A DNA stretch of 64,000 nucleotides from Eledone cirrhosa (taxonomy: Eukaryota): NCBI GenBank assembly GCA_964016885.1, contig OZ024747.1, positions 29,512,001 to 29,576,000 of the forward strand. The letters run 5' to 3'. The notes beneath the pieces were generated by a model. That model had not been told where the DNA came from and did no database searches. It worked only from the letters and a program-made list of their open reading frames with translations. Within the stretch, counting starts at the first letter, position 1; each line of letters opens with the position of its first letter. Below are positions 38,001 to 50,600 of the stretch, one piece after another. The position numbers were made by a program, and so were the translations under genes.

Positions 38001-41000
38001 GGGGAGATAATTTGTAAAAAAAATCAGGGGTAGATAATTTCCAGCCGTCCAAGGGGAGATAATTTCCATCCTTCCAAGGGGAGATAATTTCCAGCCGTCC
38101 AAGGGGAGATAATTTCCCGCCAGCCAAGGAGAGATAACATTTAAAAAAATCAGGCGGAGATAATTTGTAAAAAAAATCAGGGGGAGATAATTTGTAAAAA
38201 AATCAGGGGGAGATAATTTGTAAAAAAAATCAGGGGTAGATAATTTCCAGCCGTCCAAGGGGAGATAATTTCCATCCTTCCAAGGGGAGATAATTTCCAG
38301 CCGTCCAAGGGGAGATAATTTCCCGCCAGCCAAGGAGAGATAATATTTAAAAAAATCAGGCGGAGATAATTTGTAAAAAAAATCAGGGGGAGATAATTTG
38401 TAAAAAAATCAGGGGGAGATAATTTGTAAAAAAAAATCAGGGGAGATAATTTGTAAAAAAAATCAGGGGGAGATAATTTGTAAAAAAAATCAGGGGTAGA
38501 TAATTTGTAAAAAAAAATCGGGGAGATAATTTGTAAAAAAAAAATCAGGGGGAGATAATTTGTAAAAAAATCAAGGGGAGATAATTTCCAGCCGTCCAAG
38601 GGGAGATAATTTTCAGCCGTCCAAGGAGGTAATTTCTAGCCGTCCAAGGGGAGATAATTTCCAGCCGTCCAAGGGGAGATAATTTTTTTTAAAAAATCAG
38701 GCGGAGATAATTTGTAAACAAAAATCAGGGGGAGATAATGTGTAAAAAAAAATTAGGGGGAGATAATTTGTAAAAAAAAATCATGGGGAGATAATTTGTA
38801 AAAAAATTCAGGGGTAGATAATTTCCAGCCGTCCAAGGGGAGATAATTTCCATCCTTCCAAGGGGAGATAATTTCCAGCCGTCCAAGGGGAGATAATTTC
38901 CCGCCAGCCAAGGAGAGATAATATTTAAAAAAATCAGGCGGGGATAATTTGTAAAAAAAATCAGGGGGAGATAATTTGTAAAAAAATCAGGGGGAGATAA
39001 TTTGTAAAAAAAAATCAGGGGGAGATAATTTGTAAAAAAAAATCAGGGGGAGATAATTTGTAAAAAAAAATCAGGGGGAGATAATTTGTAAAAAAAATCA
39101 AGGGGAGATAATTTCCAGCCGTCCAAGGGGAGATAATTTTCAGCCGTCCAAGGAGAGGTAAATTCTAGCCGTCCAAGGGGAGATAATTTCCAGCCGTCCA
39201 AGGGGAGATAATTTTTAAAAAAAAATCAGGCGGAGATAATTTGTAAACAAAAATCAGGGGGAGATAATTTTTAAAAAAAAATCAGGGGGAGATAATTTGT
39301 AAAAAAAAATCAGGGGGAGATAATTTGTAAAAAAAATCAAGGGGAGATAATTTCCAGCCGTCCAAGGGGAGGTAATATCTAGCCATCCAAGGGGAGATAA
39401 TTTCCAGCCGTCCAAGGGGAGATAATTTCCAGCCGTCCAAGGGGAGATAATATCCAGCCGTCCAAGGAGACATATTTTCCAGCCGTCCAAGGAGAGGTAA
39501 TTTCTAGCCGTCCAAGGGGAGATAAGTTCCAGCCTCCAAGGGGAGATAATTTCCAGCCAGCCAAGGGGAGATAATTTCTAAAAAAATCAGGGGGGAGATA
39601 ATTTGTAAAAAAAATCAGGGGGAGATAATTTGAAAAAAACATCAGGGGGAGATAATTTGTAAAAAATATCAAGGGGAGATAATTTCCAGCCCTCCAAGGG
39701 GCTATAATTTCCAGCCGTGCAAGGGGAGATAATTTCCAGCCGTCCAAGGGGAGATAATTTCCATCCTTCCAAGGGGAGATAATTTCCAGCCGTCCAAGGG
39801 GAGATAATTTCCCGCCAGCCAAGGGAAGATAATTTTTTAAAAAATCAGGCGGAGATTGTAAAAAAAATCAGGGGGAGATAATTTGTAAAAAAATCAGGGG
39901 GAGATAATTTGTAAAAAAAAAATCAGGGGGAGATAATTTGTAAAAAAAAATCAGGGGGAGATAATTTGTAAAAAAAATCAGGGGGAGATAATTTGTAAAA
40001 AAAATCAGGGGTAGATAATTTGTAAAAAAAATCAGGGGGAGATAATTTGTAAAAAAAATCAGGGGGAGATAATTTGTAAAAAAAATCAGGGGTAGATAAT
40101 TTTCAGCCGTCCAAGGGGAGATAATTTCCATCCTTCCAAGGGGAGATAATTTCCAGCCGTCCAAGGGGAGATAATTTCCCGCCAGCCAAGGAGAGATAAC
40201 ATTTAAAAAAATCAGGCGGAGATAATTTGTTAAAAAATCAGGGGGAGATAATTTGTAAAAAAAATCAGGGGTAGATAATTTTCAGCCGTCCAAGGGGAGA
40301 TAATTTCCATCCTTCCAAGGGGAGATAATTTCCAGCCGTCCAAGGGGAGATAATTTCCCGCCAGCCAAGGAGAGATAACATTTAAAAAAATCAGGGGGAG
40401 ATAATTTGTAAAAAAAAATCAGGGGGAGATAATTCGTAAAAAAAAATCAGGGGGAGATAATTTGTAAAAAAAAAATCAGGGGTAGATAATTTGTAAAAAA
40501 AAATCAGGGGGAGATAATTTGTAAAAAAAAAATCAGGGGGAGATAATTTGTAAAAAAATCAAGGGGAGATAATTTCCAGCCGTCCAAGGGGAGATAATTT
40601 TCAGCCGTCCAAGGAGAGGTAATTTCTAGCCGTCCAAGGGGAGATAATTTCCAGCCGTCCAAGGGGAGATAATTTTTAAAAAAAAATCAGGCGGAGATAA
40701 TTTGTAAACAAAAATCAGGGGGAGATAATTTGTAAAAAAAAATCAGGGGGAGATAATTTGTAAAAAAAAATCAGGGGGAGATAATTTGTAAAAAAAATCA
40801 AGGGGAGATAATTTGTAAAAAAAATCAGGGGGAGATAATTTGTAGAAAAAATCAGGGGTAGATAATTTGTAAAAAAAATCAGGAGGAGATAATTTGTAAA
40901 AAAAATCAGGGGGAGATAATTTGTAAAAAAAATCAGGGGGAGATAATTTGTAAAAAAATCAGGGGGAGATAATTTGTAAAAAAAATCAGGGGTAGATAAT

Positions 41001-44000
41001 TTCCAGCCGTCCAAGGGGAGATAATTTCCATCCTTCCAAGGGGAGATAATTTCCAGCCGTCCAAGGGGAGATAATTTCCCGCCAGCCAAGGAGAGATAAT
41101 ATTTAAAAAATCAGGCGGAGATAATTTGTAAAAAAAATCAGGGGGAGATAATTTGTAAAAAAATCAGGGGGAGATAATTTGTAAAAAAAAATCAGGGGGA
41201 GATAATTTGTAAAAAAAATCAGGGGGAGATAATTTGTAAAAAAAAATCAGGGGTAGATAATTTGTAAAAAAAAATCAGGGGGAGATAATTTGTAAAAAAA
41301 AAATCAGGGGGAGATAATTTGTAAAAAAATCAAGGGGAGATAATTTCCAGCCGTCCAAGGGGAGATAATTTTCAGCCGTCCAAGGAGAGGTAATTTCTAG
41401 CCGTCCAAGGGGAGATAATTTCCAGCCGTCCAAGGGGAGATAATTTTTTTAAAAAAATCAGGCGGAGATAATTTGTAAGCAAAAATCAGGGGGAGATAAT
41501 TTGTAAAAAAAAATCAGGGGGAGATAATTTGTAAAAAAAAAATCAGGGGGTGATAATTTGTAAAAAAATCAAGGGGAGATAATTTCCAGCCGTCCAAGGG
41601 GAGATAATTTCCAGCCGTCCAAGGGGAGATAATATCCGGCCGTCCAAGGAGACATATTTTCCAGCCGTCCAAGGAGAGGTAATTTCTAGCCGTCCAAGGG
41701 GAGATAAGTTCCAGCCTCCAAGGGGAGATAATTTCCAGCCAGCCAAGGGGAGATAATTTGTAAAAAAATCAGGGGGAGATAATTTGTAAAAAAAAAATCA
41801 GGGGGAGATAATTTGTAAAAAAAAAATCAGGGGGTGATAATTTGTAAAAAAATCAAGGGGAGATAATTTCCAGCCGTCCAAGGGGAGATAATTTTCAGCC
41901 GTCCAAGGAGAGGTAATTTCTAGCCGTCCAAGGGGAGATAATTTCCCGCCAGCCAAGGAGAGATAACATTTAAAAAAATCAGGCGGAGATAATTTGTAAA
42001 AAAAATCAGGGGGAGATAATTTGTAAAAAAATCAGGGGGAGATAATTTGTAAAAAAAAAATCAGGGGGAGATAATTTGTAAAAAAAATCAGGGGGAGATA
42101 ATTTGTAAAAAAAATCAGGGGTAGATAATTTGTAAAAAAAATCAGGGGGAGATAATTTGTAAAAAAAATCAGGGGGAGATAATTTGTAAAAAAAATCAGG
42201 GGTAGATAATTTCCAGCCGTCCAAGGGGAGATAATTTCCATCCTTCCAAGGGGAGATAATTTCCAGCCGTCCAAGGGGAGATAATTTCCCGCCAGCCAAG
42301 GAGAGATAACATTTAAAAAAATCAGGCGGAGATAATTTGTAAAAAAAATCAGGGGGAGATAATTTGTAAAAAAATCAGGGGGAGATAATTTGTAAAAAAA
42401 ATCAGGGGTAGATAATTTCCAGCCGTCCAAGGGGAGATAATTTCCATCCTTCCAAGGGGAGATAATTTCCAGCCGTCCAAGGGGAGATAATTTCCCGCCA
42501 GCCAAGGAGAGATAATATTTAAAAAAATCAGGCGGAGATAATTTGTAAAAAAAATCAGGGGGAGATAATTTGTAAAAAAATCAGGGGGAGATAATTTGTA
42601 AAAAAAAATCAGGGGAGATAATTTGTAAAAAAAATCAGGGGGAGATAATTTGTAAAAAAAATCAGGGGTAGATAATTTGTAAAAAAAAATCGGGGAGATA
42701 ATTTGTAAAAAAAAAATCAGGGGGAGATAATTTGTAAAAAAATCAAGGGGAGATAATTTCCAGCCGTCCAAGGGGAGATAATTTTCAGCCGTCCAAGGAG
42801 GTAATTTCTAGCCGTCCAAGGGGAGATAATTTCCAGCCGTCCAAGGGGAGATAATTTTTTTTAAAAAATCAGGCGGAGATAATTTGTAAACAAAAATCAG
42901 GGGGAGATAATGTGTAAAAAAAAATTAGGGGGAGATAATTTGTAAAAAAAAATCATGGGGAGATAATTTGTAAAAAAATTCAGGGGTAGATAATTTCCAG
43001 CCGTCCAAGGGGAGATAATTTCCATCCTTCCAAGGGGAGATAATTTCCAGCCGTCCAAGGGGAGATAATTTCCCGCCAGCCAAGGAGAGATAATATTTAA
43101 AAAAATCAGGCGGGGATAATTTGTAAAAAAAATCAGGGGGAGATAATTTGTAAAAAAATCAGGGGGAGATAATTTGTAAAAAAAAATCAGGGGGAGATAA
43201 TTTGTAAAAAAAAATCAGGGGGAGATAATTTGTAAAAAAAAATCAGGGGGAGATAATTTGTAAAAAAAATCAAGGGGAGATAATTTCCAGCCGTCCAAGG
43301 GGAGATAATTTTCAGCCGTCCAAGGAGAGGTAAATTCTAGCCGTCCAAGGGGAGATAATTTCCAGCCGTCCAAGGGGAGATAATTTTTAAAAAAAAATCA
43401 GGCGGAGATAATTTGTAAACAAAAATCAGGGGGAGATAATTTTTAAAAAAAAATCAGGGGGAGATAATTTGTAAAAAAAAATCAGGGGGAGATAATTTGT
43501 AAAAAAAATCAAGGGGAGATAATTTCCAGCCGTCCAAGGGGAGGTAATATCTAGCCATCCAAGGGGAGATAATTTCCAGCCGTCCAAGGGGAGATAATTT
43601 CCAGCCGTCCAAGGGGAGATAATATCCAGCCGTCCAAGGAGACATATTTTCCAGCCGTCCAAGGAGAGGTAATTTCTAGCCGTCCAAGGGGAGATAAGTT
43701 CCAGCCTCCAAGGGGAGATAATTTCCAGCCAGCCAAGGGGAGATAATTTCTAAAAAAATCAGGGGGGAGATAATTTGTAAAAAAAATCAGGGGGAGATAA
43801 TTTGAAAAAAACATCAGGGGGAGATAATTTGTAAAAAATATCAAGGGGAGATAATTTCCAGCCCTCCAAGGGGCTATAATTTCCAGCCGTGCAAGGGGAG
43901 ATAATTTCCAGCCGTCCAAGGGGAGATAATTTCCATCCTTCCAAGGGGAGATAATTTCCAGCCGTCCAAGGGGAGATAATTTCCCGCCAGCCAAGGGAAG

Positions 44001-44950
44001 ATAATTTTTTAAAAAATCAGGCGGAGATTGTAAAAAAAATCAGGGGGAGATAATTTGTAAAAAAATCAGGGGGAGATAATTTGTAAAAAAAAAATCAGGG
44101 GGAGATAATTTGTAAAAAAAAATCAGGGGGAGATAATTTGTAAAAAAAATCAGGGGGAGATAATTTGTAAAAAAAATCAGGGGTAGATAATTTGTAAAAA
44201 AAATCAGGGGGAGATAATTTGTAAAAAAAATCAGGGGGAGATAATTTGTAAAAAAAATCAGGGGTAGATAATTTTCAGCCGTCCAAGGGGAGATAATTTC
44301 CATCCTTCCAAGGGGAGATAATTTCCAGCCGTCCAAGGGGAGATAATTTCCCGCCAGCCAAGGAGAGATAACATTTAAAAAAATCAGGCGGAGATAATTT
44401 GTTAAAAAATCAGGGGGAGATAATTTGTAAAAAAAATCAGGGGTAGATAATTTTCAGCCGTCCAAGGGGAGATAATTTCCATCCTTCCAAGGGGAGATAA
44501 TTTCCAGCCGTCCAAGGGGAGATAATTTCCCGCCAGCCAAGGAGAGATAACATTTAAAAAAATCAGGGGGAGATAATTTGTAAAAAAAAATCAGGGGGAG
44601 ATAATTCGTAAAAAAAAATCAGGGGGAGATAATTTGTAAAAAAAAAATCAGGGGTAGATAATTTGTAAAAAAAAATCAGGGGGAGATAATTTGTAAAAAA
44701 AAAATCAGGGGGAGATAATTTGTAAAAAAATCAAGGGGAGATAATTTCCAGCCGTCCAAGGGGAGATAATTTTCAGCCGTCCAAGGAGAGGTAATTTCTA
44801 GCCGTCCAAGGGGAGATAATTTCCAGCCGTCCAAGGGGAGATAATTTTTAAAAAAAAATCAGGCGGAGATAATTTGTAAACAAAAATCAGGGGGAGATAA
44901 TTTGTAAAAAAAAATCAGGGGGAGATAATTTGTAAAAAAAAATCAGGGGG
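23050..44950 (+). repeat. 10.2-kb higher-order tandem duplication in SatC, composed of related 5.82-kb and 4.38-kb subunits
   Basis: ORF-track pairs are offset 10200-10201 (23848/34048, 25801/36001, 27217/37418, 30514/40715, 31342/41543). The marker GCTATAAT occurs at 23681, 29500, 33881, 39701 and 43873 (spacings 5819, 4381, 5820, 4172). Boundaries are approximate. Confidence 0.92.
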
Positions 44951-47649
44951 AGATAATTTGTAAAAAAAATCAAGGGGAGATAATTTGTAAAAAAAAATCA
45001 GGGGTAGATAATTTGTAAAAAAAAATCAGGGGGAGATAATTTGTAAAAAAAAAATCAGGGGGAGATAATTTGTAAAAAAATCAAGGGGAGATAATTTCCA
45101 GCCGTCCAAGGGGAGATAATTTTCAGCCGTCCAAGGACAGGTAATTTCTAGCCGTCCAAGGGGAGATAATTTCCAGCCAGCCAAGGGGAGATAATTTGTA
45201 AAAAAATCAGGGGTAGATAATTTGTAAAAAAAAATCAGGGGGAGATAATTTGTAAAAAAAATCAGGGGGAGATAATTTGTAAAAAAAATCAGGGGTAGAT
45301 AATTACCAGCCGTCCAAGGGGAGATAATTTCCATCCTTCCAAGGGGAGATAATTTCCAGCCGTCCAAGGGGAGATAATTTCCCGCCAGCCAAGGAGAGAT
45401 AACATTTAAAAAAATCAGGCGGAGATAATTTGTAAAAAAAATCAGTGGGAGATAATTTGTAAAAAAATCAGGGGGAGATAATTTGTAAAAAAAATCAGGG
45501 GTAGATAATTTCCAGCCGTCCAAGGGGAGATAATTTCCATCCTTCCAAGGGGAGATAATTTCCAGCCGTCCAAGGGGAGATAATTTCCCGCCAGCCAAGG
45601 AGAGATAATATTTAAAAAAATCAGGCGGAGATAATTTGTAAAAAAAATCAGGGGGAGATAATTTGTAAAAAAATCAGGGGGAGATAATTTGTAAAAAAAA
45701 ATCAGGGGAGATAATTTGTAAAAAAAATCAGGGGGAGATAATTTGTAAAAAAAAATCAGGGGTAGATAATTTGTAAAAAAAAATCAGGGGGAGATAATTT
45801 GTAAAAAAAAAATCAGGGGGAGATAATTTGTAAAAAAATCAAGGGGAGATAATTTCCAGCCGTCCAAGGGGAGATAATTTTCAGCCGTCCAAGGAGGTAA
45901 TTTCTAGCCGTCCAAGGGGAGATAATTTCCAGCCGTCCAAGGGGATATAATTTTTTTTTAAAAATCAGGCGGAGATAATTTGTAAACAAAAATCAGGGGG
46001 AGATAATTTGTAAAAAAAAATCAGGGGGAGATAATTTGTAAAAAAAAATCAGGGGGAGATAATTTGTAAAAAAAATCAAGGGGAGATAATTTCCAGCCGT
46101 CCAAGGGGAGGTAATATCTAGCCATCCAAGGGGAGATAATTTCCAGCCGTCCAAGGGGAGATAATTTCCAGCCGTCCAAGGGGAGATAATATCCAGCCGT
46201 CCAAGGAGACATATTTTCCAGCCGTCCAAGGAGAGGTAATTTCTAGCCGTCCAAGGGGAGATAAGTTCCAGCCTCCAAGGGGAGAAAATTTCCAGCCAGC
46301 CAAGGGGAGATAATTTGTAAAAAAATCAGGGGGAGATAATTTGTAAAAAAAAAATCAGGGGGAGATAATTTGTAAAAAAATCAGGGGGAGATAATTTGTA
46401 AAAAAAAAATCAGGGGGAGATAATTTGTAAAAAAAATCAGGGGGAGATAATTTGTAGAAAAAATCAGGGGTAGATAATTTGTAAAAAAAATCAGGGGGAG
46501 ATAATTTGTAAAAAAAATCAGGGGGAGATAATTTGTAAAAAAAATCAGGGGTAGATAATTTTCAGCCGTCCAAGGGGAGATAATTTCCATCCTTCCAAGG
46601 GGAGATAATTTCCAGCCGTCCAAGGGGAGATAATTTCCCGCCAGCCAAGGAGAGATAACATTTAAAAAAATCAGGCGGAGATAATTTGTAAAAAAAATCA
46701 GGGGGAGATAATTTGTAAAAAAATCAGGGGGAGATAATTTGTAAAAAAAATCAGGGGTAGATAATTTCCAGCCGTCCAAGGGGAGATAATTTCCATCCTT
46801 CCAAGGGGAGATAATTTCCAGCCGTCCAAGGGGAGATAATTTCCCGCCAGCCAAGGAGAGATAATATTTAAAAAAATCAGGCGGAGATAATTTGTAAAAA
46901 AAATCAGGGGGAGATAATTTGTAAAAAAATCAGGGGGAGATAATTTGTAAAAAAAAATCAGGGGGAGATAATTTGTAAAAAAAATCAGGGGGAGATAATT
47001 TGTAAAAAAAAATCAGGGGTAGATAATTTGTAAAAAAAAATCAGGGGGAGATAATTTGTAAAAAAAAAATCAGGGGGAGATAATTTGTAAAAAAATCAAG
47101 GGGAGATAATTTCCAGCCGTCCAAGGGGAGATAATTTTCAGCCGTCCAAGGAGAGGTAATTTCTAGCCGTCCAAGGGGAGATAATTTCCAGCCGTCCAAG
47201 GGGAGATAATTTTTTTAAAAAAATCAGGCGGAGATAATTTGTAAACAAAAATCAGGGGGAGATAATTTGTAAAAAAAAATCAGGGGGAGATAATTTGTAA
47301 AAAAAAAATCAGGGGGTGATAATTTGTAAAAAAATCAAGGGGAGATAATTTCCAGCCGTCCAAGGGGAGATAATTTTCAGCCGTCCAAGGAGAGGTAATT
47401 TCTAGCCGTCCAAGGGGAGATAATTTCCAGCCAGCCAAGGGGAGATAATTTGTAAAAAAATCAGGGGTAGATAATTTGTAAAAAAAAATCAGGGGGAGAT
47501 AATTTGTAAAAAAAATCAGGGGGAGATAATTTGTAAAAAAATCAGGGGGAGATAATTTGTAAAAAAAATCAGGGGGAGATAATTTGTAAAAAAATCAGGG
47601 GGAGATAATTTGTAAAAAAAAAATCAGGGGGATATAATTTGTAAAAAAA

Positions 47650-50600
47650 ACAGGGCGAGATAATTTGTAAAAAAAATCAGGGGTAGATAATTTGTAAAAA
47701 AAATCAGGGGGAGATAATTTGTAAAAAAAATCAGGGGGAGATAATTTGTAAAAAAAATCAGGGGTAGATAATTTCCAGCCGTCCAAGGGGAGATAATTTC
47801 CATCCTTCCAAGGGGAGATAATTTCCAGCCGTCCAAGGGGAGATAATTTCCCGCCAGCCAAGGAGAGATAACATTTAAAAAAATCAGGCGGAGATAATTT
47901 GTAAAAAAAATCAGGGGGAGATAATTTGTAAAAAAATCAGGGGGAGATAATTTGTAAAAAAAATCAGGGGTAGATAATTTCCAGCCGTCCAAGGGGAGAT
48001 AATTTCCATCCTTCCAAGGGGAGATAATTTCCAGCCGTCCAAGGGGAGATAATTTCCCGCCAGCCAAGGAGAGATAATATTTAAAAAAATCAGGCGGAGA
48101 TAATTTGTAAAAAAAATCAGGGGGAGATAATTTGTAAAAAAATCAGGGGGAGATAATTTGTAAAAAAAAATCAGGGGAGATAATTTGTAAAAAAAATCAG
48201 GGGGAGATAATTTGTAAAAAAAATCAGGGGTAGATAATTTGTAAAAAAAAATCAGGGGGAGATAATTTGTAAAAAAAAAATCAGGGGGAGATAATTTGTA
48301 AAAAAATCAAGGGGAGATAATTTCCAGCCGTCCAAGGGGAGATAATTTTCAGCCGTCCAAGGAGGTAATTTCTAGCCGTCCAAGGGGAGATAATTTCCAG
48401 CCGTCCAAGGGGAGATAATTTTTTTAAAAAAATCAGGCGGAGATAATTTGTAAACAAAAATCAGGGGGAGATAATTTGTAAAAAAAAATCAGGGGGAGAT
48501 AATTTGTAAAAAAAAATCAGGGGGAGATAATTTGTAAAAAAAATCAAGGGGAGATAATTTCCAGCCGTCCAAGGGGAGGTAATATCTAGCCATCCAAGGG
48601 GAGATAATTTCCAGCCGTCCAAGGGGAGATAATTTCCAGCCGTCCAAGGGGAGATAATATCCAGCCGTCCAAGGAGACATATTTTCCAGCCGTCCAAGGA
48701 GAGGTAATTTCTAGCCGTCCAAGGGGAGATAAGTTCCAGCCTCCAAGGGGAGATAATTTCCAGCCAGCCAAGGGGAGATAATTTGTAAAAAAATCAGGGG
48801 GAGATAATTTGTAAAAAAAAAATCAGGGGGAGATAATTTGTAAAAAAATCAGGGGGAGATAATTTGTAAAAAAAAAATCAGGGGGAGATAATTTGTAAAA
48901 AAAATCAGGGGGAGATAATTTGTAAAAAAAATCAGGGGTAGATAATTTGTAAAAAAAATCAGGGGGAGATAATTTGTAAAAAAAATCAGGGGGAGATAAT
49001 TTGTAAAAAAAATCAGGGGTAGATAATTTTCAGCCGTCCAAGGGGAGATAATTTCCATCCTTCCAAGGGGAGATAATTTCCAGCCGTCCAAGGAGAGATA
49101 ATTTCCCGCCAGCCAAGGAGAGATAACATTTAAAAAAATCAGGCGGAGATAATTTGTAAAAAAAATCAGTGGGAGATAATTTGTAAAAAAATCAGGGGGA
49201 GATAATTTGTAAAAAAAATCAGGGGTAGATAATTTCCAGCCGTCCAAGGGGAGATAATTTCCATCCTTCCAAGGGGAGATAATTTCCAGCCGTCCAAGGG
49301 GAGATAATTTCCCGCCAGCCAAGGAGAGATAATATTTAAAAAAATCAGGCGGAGATAATTTGTAAAAAAAATCAGGGGGAGATAATTTGTAAAAAAAATC
49401 AGGGGGAGATAATTTGTAGAAAAAATCAGGGGTAGATAATTTGTAAAAAAAATCAGGGGGAGATAATTTGTAAAAAAAATCAGGGGGAGATAATTTGTAA
49501 AAAAAATCAGGGGTAGATAATTTTCAGCCGTCCAAGGGGAGATAATTTCCATCCTTCCAAGGGGAGATAATTTCCAGCCGTCCAAGGGGAGATAATCTCC
49601 CGCCAGCCAAGGAGAGATAACATTTAAAAAAATCAGGCGGAGATAATTTGTAAAAAAAATCAGGGGGAGATAATTTGTAAAAAAATCAGGGGGAGATAAT
49701 TTGTAAAAAAAATCAGGGGTAGATAATTTCCAGCCGTCCAAGGGGAGATAATTTCCATCCTTCCAAGGGGAGATAATTTCCAGCCGTCCAAGGGGAGATA
49801 ATTTCCCGCCAGCCAAGGAGAGATAATATTTAAAAAAATCAGGCGGAGATAATTTGTAAAAAAAATCAGGGGGAGATAATTTGTAAAAAAATCAGGGGGA
49901 GATAATTTGTAAAAAAAAATCAGGGGGAGATAATTTGTAAAAAAAATCAGGGGGAGATAATTTGTAAAAAAAATCAGGGGTAGATAATTTGTAAAAAAAA
50001 ATCAGGGGGAGATAATTTGTAAAAAAAAAATCAGGGGGAGATAATTTGTAAAAAAATCAAGGGGAGATAATTTCCAGCCGTCCAAGGGGAGATAATTTTC
50101 AGCCGTCCAAGGAGAGGTAATTTCTCGCCGTCCAAGGGGAGATAATTTCCAGCCGTCCAAGGGGAGATAATTTTTTTAAAAAAATCAGGCGGAGATAATT
50201 TGTAAAAAAAAATCAGGGGGAGATAATTTGTAAAAAAAAATCAGGGGGAGATAATTTGTAAAAAAAATCAAGGGGAGATAATTTCCAGCCGTCCAAGGGG
50301 AGGTAATATCTAGCCATCCAAGGGGAGATAATTTCCAGCCGTCCAAGGGGAGATAATTTCCAGCCGTCCAAGGGGAGATAATATCCAGCCGTCCAAGGAG
50401 ACATATTTTCCAGCCGTCCAAGGAGAGGTAATTTCTAGCCGTCCAAGGGGAGATAAGTTCCAGCCTCCAAGGGGAGATAATTTCCAGCCAGCCAAGGGGA
50501 GATAATTTGTAAAAAAATCAGGGGGAGATAATTTGTAAAAAAAAAATCAGGGGGAGATAATTTGTAAAAAAATCAGGGGGAGATAATTTGTAAAAAAAAA

